From IMG/VR virus record IMGVR_UViG_3300033070_000479, positions 15,986 to 79,985 of that record: 64,000 nucleotides of DNA; one strand, given 5' to 3'. A program made the translations under genes and the position numbers. Under the pieces are notes generated by a model that was given only the letters and a program-made list of their open reading frames with translations, was not told the DNA's origin and did not search any database. Positions 57,078 through 64,000 of this stretch are shown piece by piece. This DNA is from a virus (taxonomy: Duplodnaviria; Caudoviricetes). Every line of letters starts with the position of its first letter. Positions within the stretch are counted from its first letter, which is position 1.

Positions 57078-57439
57078 TCAACGTCAAAGAGGCGGCAGAG
57101 CAGTATGTGCGAGGGTTCGTCCGCGCCTGCCGGGACGCCGGAATGACGCAGGAACAGACTGACTTGGCCGCCTCCAGGCAGTCCGCCAAGGTTGCCGTGG
57201 ACTTGTCCGACCTAGGAGCCCCCGTCCTGGCGACCGGCGCTCTCGGGACGGTTTTGATGCCGTATTTTGTCGGACACATGGCGGGAGAGGCTGCCGCCAA
57301 TATCAAAGACACAGCCGATCAAACGGAGCTGAACCGCCAGTCGTCTGCGGCTCTGGCTAGAGAGCTGCGGAGGCGGGCGGCAAAACTGAGGGAGCGAAAT
57401 GCAACAGTTGACGGTTTCCCCGGGGCAGTTCCCCCATAA
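57074..57439 (+). CDS. Hypothetical protein with one hydrophobic segment
   Basis: ATGA overlap; PVLATGALGTVLMPYFVG. Confidence 0.6.
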   Translation: MINVKEAAEQYVRGFVRACRDAGMTQEQTDLAASRQSAKVAVDLSDLGAPVLATGALGTVLMPYFVGHMAGEAAANIKDTADQTELNRQSSAALARELRRRAAKLRERNATVDGFPGAVPP

Positions 57440-57668
57440 CGCAAAGGTCAACTTCTTCTACAGACTCTTCAAGTTACCGGACGACGCCGAAGAGTACGTG
57501 GAGCTGCTGAGCAAAGTTAGATCTGATCCGGCGGCACAGTTAACGTCCATCAAAGAACTGTGGGCTCCGAATACACCTAACGAGTTATTCGCCCACGTTC
57601 TGTGGTCCCAGGTATCCAGCGAGGTGTCGGATGGTGGACTCATCGACGGTGCGGGACCAGGCCGTTAA
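57399..57668 (+). CDS. Hypothetical protein
   Basis: 89 aa; fills the gap. Confidence 0.45.
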   Translation: MQQLTVSPGQFPHNAKVNFFYRLFKLPDDAEEYVELLSKVRSDPAAQLTSIKELWAPNTPNELFAHVLWSQVSSEVSDGGLIDGAGPGR

Positions 57669-58443
57669 CAAGCTCGTCTCGTACCTGGGACAGGCTGCTT
57701 TGGCCGGAGCCGGCGTGGCCGGCGCGGCGCACTTGTACAGCCGGTTCACGCCGGACCCGGTGGACTTTCACGGCACCCCGCAGAAGGTCGTTAAGATACC
57801 CATTCCGGGCGCGGAGGAAGAGGAGGAGGATATCCAAACCCTCCGAGCCCCGTCGTTAGCCCCGCTCCCGAAGCAGGCAGAAGACGCGGTCTCATCGGCT
57901 TTGCCGGGGTTCAGCGACTTCATCCGTAGAAACCTGACGTTCACGTCCCCGCTCGGCGTCGACCCGAAAACGCCAGGCGATATCCCGCTATACAACGTGG
58001 CCCTGGCGGCCGGGGTTCCGGCGGCGGCCTACGCCGGTTACCGGTTGGCCGGTATTCCGTTCGCCAAGAAGCAAGAGCAGGACGACGAGGAAGAGGTCAA
58101 CGCCGCCAGAGATGAGTACCACGCTGCGCTGGCTCAGGCGGCGGCTTCGCGCGGGGCCGGGGTTCAAGGTTTGAGGAAGGCCGCAGAAGAGGCCATGGTT
58201 GACGTTGCGAAGCGGCTACTGTTTCCTCTGTCTCAGCTCGGCCCGATGGGGGGAACCGTCACGACAGCCTTAGCTCTTGGGGCCGGTGGATACGGGGCCC
58301 TCAGGGCGTATAACGACTCCAGGTCAATGAGCCTAGTTCGGGCGGCTGCGGAACGGGCCCGTAAGCTCAAAGGCGACACCCCAGAAGAACCGTACGTTCA
58401 GTACGTCATCGCTCCTCCGAAACCCAAATTACTGCAGCGTTAG
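57631..58443 (+). CDS. Putative virion/membrane protein with three Gly/Ala-rich hydrophobic segments
   Basis: AALAGAGVAGAAHL, ALAAGVPAAAYAGY, ALALGAGGYGAL. Confidence 0.55.
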   Translation: MVDSSTVRDQAVNKLVSYLGQAALAGAGVAGAAHLYSRFTPDPVDFHGTPQKVVKIPIPGAEEEEEDIQTLRAPSLAPLPKQAEDAVSSALPGFSDFIRRNLTFTSPLGVDPKTPGDIPLYNVALAAGVPAAAYAGYRLAGIPFAKKQEQDDEEEVNAARDEYHAALAQAAASRGAGVQGLRKAAEEAMVDVAKRLLFPLSQLGPMGGTVTTALALGAGGYGALRAYNDSRSMSLVRAAAERARKLKGDTPEEPYVQYVIAPPKPKLLQR

Positions 58444-58453
58444 GAGATAGTCC

Positions 58454-61400
58454 GTGGATTTCTCTCAGCCGCAAAAGGCCGACGGTGATTCCGTCGGCCT
58501 CCGTAAGTTCGGGGACCACGCTTCTACGCGGAGCGCGATCTACGACAACGCTTTGAAGGCTGTGTCGTCGATGGCCCCGGCGGAGAACACGCGGTTCCGT
58601 CTTTCGATCGCAGACCCGCAGTATTCCGGGGCAGACGAATATACCCCGGCTGAGCACAAGAAGTCGCTGCTGCACGGAAAGTCGTTGTCGAAGAAGATTT
58701 CAGCCACGCTGAACCTGCACGACGTTACGACAAATCAGCTGGTGGATTCTCGCCACGTCTCCCTCGGCAGTATTCCGCACCTGACCGACCACGGCACGTT
58801 CTCTCTAGACGGTATACCGTCGGCCATGTCCAGCCAGTTTCGTCTTCTTCCCGGCGTGTACGTGCGCCGAAAAGATAACGACGAGGTGGAAGGGCACGTC
58901 GTTCACTTCCCCGGGGAGGGCATCTCGCACCGCATTCGTCTGGACCAGGGTACGGGTGTGTTTAAGATCGACGTGGGTCAGGCGGAGATCCCTGCCGCCG
59001 CTGCCCTTAAGGCCATGGGTCTCAACGACGCCGACCTGGTGCAGGCCATCGGCGATAAGCTGGCTAAGGTCAACCTGGAGGCGGTGAAGCCGCAGCACCT
59101 CGACAAGCTCTACGAGAAGTTCGGCCCCCGCAATAAGCCAGCCTCCGACGACGCCGCAAAGATTGCCGCGGTCGCCAAGGCCATGGGCGGCAAAGTAGAC
59201 CCGTGGGTCGTCAACAAGACACTGGGGATCAAGGAAGACACGTACGGTCCGAAGATGTTTCTGTCTACGCTCAAGAAGACGCTGGCAGTTGCCCGCGGTG
59301 AGCAGGAGGCGGACGACCGAGACAGCCCCGCCTACCAGGCCGTGTGGGGTCCGGAGCACCTCATAGCCGAACGCATCACGCGCAGTCGTGCCCTCAACGA
59401 CGCCCTGTGGCGGGCCACTAACGCCGGCTCCCTTAAAGGCATATTGCCTGGGATGCTGAATCAGCACATCAAGGCTCTGTTCATGTCGTCCGGCTTGGCG
59501 CAGATGCCGGAGGGGGTGTCGGCGGCCGAGTACCTGGACCACGGTTCCCGCATCTCCAAGGTCGGAGAAGGCGGATTGGGACGCTCTTCGGACGCCGTCC
59601 CTAAGAGCTCGCGTAACCTGAGCCCCGGTCAGTTCTTGTTCGTAGACCCGGTGAAAACACCGGAGTGCTTCGACGCCGACACCGAGGTGCTCACGCACTC
59701 CGGGTGGAAGAAGTGGCCTGACGTTACTGAGGACGACGAGCTGGCTTGCCGCGTCGGGAAAAAGACGGAGTTCAAGAAGCCGTACAAGGTGCATTCGTAC
59801 GAGTTCGACGGGCACCTGGTCGGGTGCGACGAGGGTCTGGTCCGTTTCCTCGTCACCGGCAACCACCGCATGTGGGTGTGTCAGTTCGACTCGACCTGGC
59901 GGTTCGTCAACGCGTCTGAAGCCTACGGCATCGCCGCAGTGTACGACTCGTCGTTAGACGCCTCCGCCGTCTCTCAGTACGTACCAGGCAGTGCCTGGAA
60001 GCGCACGAAGTATCAAGGTCGCGTCTATTGCGCCACGGTTGAGGGCGGTCTCCTGTTCTGCCGCAGAAACTCCGGTGTGGGGTTCTGGTCCGGCAACAGC
60101 GAGTCCGTCGGTGTCGACCTGCGCGTGGCGTTCGGCACCAGGCTCGGTAGCGATAAGAGGATCTACGCCCCGGTGCGTGACGCGGCGACGGGTAAGTTGG
60201 TGTACCGGTCTCCGCAGCAGTTGGCGGACGCCTCAGTAGCGTTCCCTGTGACGTACGAGAAAGCCGGCCCGGACGAGCAGGTTCCGGCTATTGTCGGGGG
60301 CAAGCTGGGTTACGTTAAGAAGCGGGAGGCCGCCTACGTCGCCCCGTCCATGGAGCAGACGTTCTCTCCGCTGTCGAATATGGTTCCGTACAAGTCGTCT
60401 GCCAAGCCGCAGCGCGTCTCCATGGGGGCGAGGTTCATCGCCCAGGCTTTGCCCTTGGTGAACCCGGAGGCTCCGCTGGTGCGGGCCGCGTTGCCTGGCG
60501 ACGCTAATAAGAGCTTCGAGGAGCTGTACGGCAGGTACATGGGTACCGCGTGGGCCAAGCCCGACGTCGGTACAGTCGTCGACGTCGGTCCTGACAGTAT
60601 CTCGGTCAAGTACGACAAGCTAGGCAAGGTCGAGCACGGCATCTACAACAACTTGCCGATCGGCCGTAAGAGTCCGTTGCACTCTACGCCTATCGTTAAA
60701 GTCGGCGATCGTATTACCCCGGGCTCGATGCTGGCTCGCAGCAATTTCACCGACGACAAAGGCCACGCGGCGTACGGGTTGAACGCGCGGGTGGCCTTCT
60801 ACCCCTACCTGCGCGGTAAGCCGACGTACGAAGACGCCTTCGCCGTGTCGGAGTCTTTCGCGAAGCGAGCCACGTCGGACCACCTGTACCGTCACGACCT
60901 GGATTACTCGGACGATTCGATCATTCCTACGAAGTCCGCTTTCGTCGCCGCGTTCCCTACGGCGCTCGACCGTAACAAACTCAAGGACTACGACGAGACC
61001 GGGGCCATTCTTCCGGGTACTAAGGTTGAGCCGGGTCAGCCGCTGGCATTGGCCGTCAGGAAGAAGGCACCAGAGTTCGGACTCAGTAAAGGCCGTAAGG
61101 CCGGCTTAACCGACGCCAGTCTAGTCTGGGACGACTCTGTGCCTGGCGTTGTGGCTGACGTGGCCAAGACCAAGTCCGGGCTGGTCGTCACGGTTAAAGC
61201 GAGCAAGCCACTCAAGGAGGCCGACAAGCTTTGTTACGACCCGGAAACGGAAGTGCTAACTCGTACCGGGTGGAAGCCTGTCGCCTCGGTCAACACCGAT
61301 GACGAAGTGGCTTCTTTGAATCCCGAGACTAGGTGCTTGGAGTACATCCGCCCGATCGCCACTACTACCTACGATCACGCCGGTAGGATGTACCGGGTGG

Positions 61401-64000
61401 CTAGTACTCAGGTAGATCTACTGGTGACCGATAACCACAGACTGTTCGTGGACTTCGGTAGTAAAAACAGATACAGCAAGTACGCTCTGGTAGAAGCCAG
61501 AGACGTGTTCGGCCGTCGCTACCGTATGCTACGCAACGCCGAGTGGCGAGGTGGTGTATCGCCTACTGAGGTTGTTCTCCCCGGAGTCACGGTTAAAGCC
61601 GGTCAGGGAGGGGTAACCACACGACTTATTCCTGATGTAGTTGTACCGGCCTCTACCTACGCCATGATTCTAGGCATGTACTTGTCTGAGGGGAATCGGG
61701 TCGATGACACAGAGTCAGGTAGTTACGGGTTTGACCTGACGCAGATTAAGCAGCCGAACCGTGATGCCATGATTGCGGCTTTATCCGCTGCCGGTGTTAA
61801 GTTTGGAGACTCCAGCAGCGGTTCTAAGGTACGGGTATACAGCAAGGTGTGGTCTGAACACCTAAAGCAGTTCGGATTGTCGCACGAGAAATTCATACCG
61901 GAAGAGGTATTCGGGTGGGGTACGGATCTGCTGAAAATCCTTTTTCAGTGGCTCATGTGGGGAGACGGCCACTCTAAGAAAGGGGTGCCGATAAACTACT
62001 GCACCACGTCTAGGCGTTTGGCTGACGGTGTTCAGCGCCTGGCTTTACACTTGGGTATATCAGCCAATATCGATAGCAAGCCAGCAACCACGGTAGTCAT
62101 CGGTGGCAAAACGTGCCAGGCACGTGAAGTGTTCTACGTGCGCATCTACAACACCAAGAATAGACCGAGTATCAATCACCCGCACGTACATAAGCAGTCT
62201 GCTCAGACCGAAGAGTGGGCAGACTACGACGGTACTGTGCACTGCGTGACGCTGCCGAAAAATCACGTACTTTACGTGAGAAGGAATGGGAAGCCCGTAT
62301 GGTGCGGTAACAGTAACCGCTTCGGTGGGAAGGGGGTGTGTCACATTATCCCCGACCACGAAATGCCTACCGGAGAGGACGGCAAGCCGTTCGACGTATT
62401 GATTTCTCCGCTGGCAATGACGTCGCGTATTAACCCGTCCATGAAGGTGGAGACGGCCCTCGGTAAGTTGGCGGCTATGACGGGTAAGCCGATCCTGGCG
62501 TCAGACTTCAGGGGAGGGCAGGACAACGCCCGCGAAGCTTACGACAAGTTGCGCGCGGCCGGCATCAGCCCTACGGAGCTGGTTACTGACCCCAAGACTG
62601 GTAAGGCAGTCAAAGCGTTTACCGGCACGTCGTACATTCTGAAACTGCATCACATGGCCGACGATAAGGTCAAAGCCCGCGGCCTGGGGGGTTACGACGA
62701 CGCCGGCCTGCCCATGCGGGGTCAGTCCGGCAAGGCGGCACGGATGAGCATGGGGGACACCATGGCCCTGCTCGGACACGGTGCGTGCTTCATGGGGTGC
62801 GTCAACGTAACCACACGAGACGGCGACATAGAGATCAGCAAGATAGTACAAAAGAGAAAACCGGTAGAGGTACTGTCTAGAAATCCGGATGGATCCCTGG
62901 AGTACAAGAAAGTAACGAATTGGTTCTGTCGCGTAGCGTCTCCGGACGAGCTGTTGCTGGTAGAGACCACGGCCGCTACCACTAGGAAAGTGGGATTAGT
63001 TGGGCACTTCCCTGCTAAACGTCGAGCAATCAGGTGCACCTCTAACCACGGTTTTTACACACCATCCGGCAAAGTGCCGGCTGGAAAACTGGTACCGGGG
63101 GACAAGATTTATTCCCCGGGTACGTCGGTAAGCGACTGGCAGAAGGCCATGATAATTGGCGGCCTGCTGGGGGACTCGTACGCGTTTCACAAGGAGACGG
63201 CTACCGAGGTTATAGGGTGGCCTAAGACCGGCGGAATCGTTATGAGCCACGGTCATGAGCAAATAGACTACTTGGATTGGAAAGTGAGTAAATTGCTCAA
63301 CCTGTGGTGCTCGTCAGAGCAAAGAAAACTTTCCGCTGGCGGGTTTGCCAAAACACCTGGTAAGAGGGCCCGCCTGTTTAAACACCCGGCCACCACTAAA
63401 ATCATAAAGAGATTCTACATAGGCGGTAAAAAGACGGTTCCGGCCGGTATCGTTTCGGAGATGGGGTGGTACGGAATAGGTATATGGTTTGCCGACGACG
63501 GAAGCGTTACGCGCAACCACGGCAAAACTACTTCCTACAAAATACACACCTGCGGTTTCTCTAAGGGCGAAGTAGAGACTTTATCACAGGAGATGCGAGA
63601 CTTTACCGGCCTGCCGTGGGAGAGCCGCTGCCGTAAAAACGGGAATTCGGTTTACTACGAGCTGGTTCTACCTAAAGGAGGAAGGGGCGGGGATAATTTG
63701 AGCAGGTGGGCCGAGATGTTGGCCCCGTATCTGCCGCCGATGATGGGATACAAGATAAACCACGCATTACCGGTCGGTAGTGCGTGGAATGACCTACTTG
63801 CTGTCGGCGGTGCTTGGGCGGAAGAAGTCGAAGTAGTCTCGGTTACTCCGTACACTAAAGCAGCGTACGAGTCGTATCTCGTGTTTGATATCACCGTAGA
63901 AGACAACCACAACTACTTTGCCAACGGGGTGTTGGTCAGTAATTCGGAAGTCTTAAAAGATGCTAGATTCCTGCGCGCCCAGGAGAACGACGAGTTCTGG
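58454..64000 (+). CDS. rpoB: Multisubunit RNA polymerase beta-like subunit with three inteins (partial, runs off window)
   Basis: GTG 58454 after TAGGAG; one open frame to 64000 on manual translation. RpoB motifs: IPHLTDHGTF, DDRDS, RISKVGEGGL, DPVKTPE, RVSMGARFIAQA, TYEDAF, DKL|SNRFGGKGV, YILKLHHMADDK. Confidence 0.92.
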   Translation, partial: MDFSQPQKADGDSVGLRKFGDHASTRSAIYDNALKAVSSMAPAENTRFRLSIADPQYSGADEYTPAEHKKSLLHGKSLSKKISATLNLHDVTTNQLVDSRHVSLGSIPHLTDHGTFSLDGIPSAMSSQFRLLPGVYVRRKDNDEVEGHVVHFPGEGISHRIRLDQGTGVFKIDVGQAEIPAAAALKAMGLNDADLVQAIGDKLAKVNLEAVKPQHLDKLYEKFGPRNKPASDDAAKIAAVAKAMGGKVDPWVVNKTLGIKEDTYGPKMFLSTLKKTLAVARGEQEADDRDSPAYQAVWGPEHLIAERITRSRALNDALWRATNAGSLKGILPGMLNQHIKALFMSSGLAQMPEGVSAAEYLDHGSRISKVGEGGLGRSSDAVPKSSRNLSPGQFLFVDPVKTPECFDADTEVLTHSGWKKWPDVTEDDELACRVGKKTEFKKPYKVHSYEFDGHLVGCDEGLVRFLVTGNHRMWVCQFDSTWRFVNASEAYGIAAVYDSSLDASAVSQYVPGSAWKRTKYQGRVYCATVEGGLLFCRRNSGVGFWSGNSESVGVDLRVAFGTRLGSDKRIYAPVRDAATGKLVYRSPQQLADASVAFPVTYEKAGPDEQVPAIVGGKLGYVKKREAAYVAPSMEQTFSPLSNMVPYKSSAKPQRVSMGARFIAQALPLVNPEAPLVRAALPGDANKSFEELYGRYMGTAWAKPDVGTVVDVGPDSISVKYDKLGKVEHGIYNNLPIGRKSPLHSTPIVKVGDRITPGSMLARSNFTDDKGHAAYGLNARVAFYPYLRGKPTYEDAFAVSESFAKRATSDHLYRHDLDYSDDSIIPTKSAFVAAFPTALDRNKLKDYDETGAILPGTKVEPGQPLALAVRKKAPEFGLSKGRKAGLTDASLVWDDSVPGVVADVAKTKSGLVVTVKASKPLKEADKLCYDPETEVLTRTGWKPVASVNTDDEVASLNPETRCLEYIRPIATTTYDHAGRMYRVASTQVDLLVTDNHRLFVDFGSKNRYSKYALVEARDVFGRRYRMLRNAEWRGGVSPTEVVLPGVTVKAGQGGVTTRLIPDVVVPASTYAMILGMYLSEGNRVDDTESGSYGFDLTQIKQPNRDAMIAALSAAGVKFGDSSSGSKVRVYSKVWSEHLKQFGLSHEKFIPEEVFGWGTDLLKILFQWLMWGDGHSKKGVPINYCTTSRRLADGVQRLALHLGISANIDSKPATTVVIGGKTCQAREVFYVRIYNTKNRPSINHPHVHKQSAQTEEWADYDGTVHCVTLPKNHVLYVRRNGKPVWCGNSNRFGGKGVCHIIPDHEMPTGEDGKPFDVLISPLAMTSRINPSMKVETALGKLAAMTGKPILASDFRGGQDNAREAYDKLRAAGISPTELVTDPKTGKAVKAFTGTSYILKLHHMADDKVKARGLGGYDDAGLPMRGQSGKAARMSMGDTMALLGHGACFMGCVNVTTRDGDIEISKIVQKRKPVEVLSRNPDGSLEYKKVTNWFCRVASPDELLLVETTAATTRKVGLVGHFPAKRRAIRCTSNHGFYTPSGKVPAGKLVPGDKIYSPGTSVSDWQKAMIIGGLLGDSYAFHKETATEVIGWPKTGGIVMSHGHEQIDYLDWKVSKLLNLWCSSEQRKLSAGGFAKTPGKRARLFKHPATTKIIKRFYIGGKKTVPAGIVSEMGWYGIGIWFADDGSVTRNHGKTTSYKIHTCGFSKGEVETLSQEMRDFTGLPWESRCRKNGNSVYYELVLPKGGRGGDNLSRWAEMLAPYLPPMMGYKINHALPVGSAWNDLLAVGGAWAEEVEVVSVTPYTKAAYESYLVFDITVEDNHNYFANGVLVSNSEVLKDARFLRAQENDEFW
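59666..60097 (+). mobile_element. Mini-intein 1 in RpoB (144 aa, no endonuclease)
   Basis: TPE|CFDADTEVLTHSGW...VTGNHR...VYCATV...FWSGN|SESVG. Confidence 0.9.
61232..62311 (+). mobile_element. Intein 2 in RpoB with LAGLIDADG homing endonuclease (360 aa)
   Basis: ADKL|CYDPETEVLTRTGW...VTDNHR...LGMYLSEG...WLMWGDG...VHCVTL...VWCGN|SNRFGGKG. Confidence 0.92.
62786..63943 (+). mobile_element. Intein 3 in RpoB with LAGLIDADG homing endonuclease (386 aa)
   Basis: GHGA|CFMGCVNVTT...CTSNH...IIGGLLGD...IWFADDG...VFDITVEDNHNYFANGVLVSN|SEVLK. Confidence 0.92.

Noticed and set aside
58454-64000. Apparent gene desert of short ORFs in the track
   Set aside because: Artefact: a single + frame without a stop runs off the window and encodes RpoB.
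1-64000. tRNA/rRNA genes, CRISPR arrays, integrase or IS elements, stop-codon reassignment
   Set aside because: No cloverleaf or T-loop context, no repeat-spacer array and no recombinase/transposase motifs recognised by eye; long genes are intact under the standard code. A tRNAscan-SE or Infernal run would be needed to exclude RNAs formally.

Overview
Gene-dense, GC-rich (about 60% by eye) 64 kb segment of a large tailed dsDNA phage. Almost everything is on the + strand; only two genes are on the - strand. No host housekeeping loci, tRNA, rRNA or CRISPR array were recognised. Layout: (1) 1-7.2 kb, contractile-tail baseplate genes (gp25-like, J-like) with an embedded sigma-70-family factor, ending in a Cys/Thr-rich repeat protein. 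(2) 7.2-10.7 kb, three glycosyltransferases. (3) 10.8-16.7 kb, a tight six-gene operon (ubiquitin-like protein, E2-fold, JAB/JAMM peptidase, E1/ThiF, MoxR-type AAA+, VWA/metallopeptidase) closed by a strong terminator. (4) 16.7-26 kb, hypotheticals and a terminase large subunit. (5) 26.0-26.6 kb, an AT-rich, palindrome-rich intergenic region with a sigma70-like promoter. (6) 26.6-48.5 kb, replication/recombination genes (Mre11/Rad50-like, SF2 helicase, DnaB-like helicase, primase, family A polymerase with a UDG-like domain, RecA-like, DEDDh exonuclease, RuvC-like). (7) 49.7-64 kb, portal-like gene, putative virion proteins, InPase-like protein, SNF2 helicase, and an RpoB-like RNA polymerase subunit. 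The RpoB-like gene is missing from the ORF track because it runs off the window; it carries three inteins. The best candidates for a new system are the phage-encoded ubiquitin-like conjugation pathway coupled to a MoxR-VWA remodelling module, and a possible mucin-type O-glycosylation cassette next to a Thr-rich virion protein. All family assignments come from motifs read by eye; no database searches were run.
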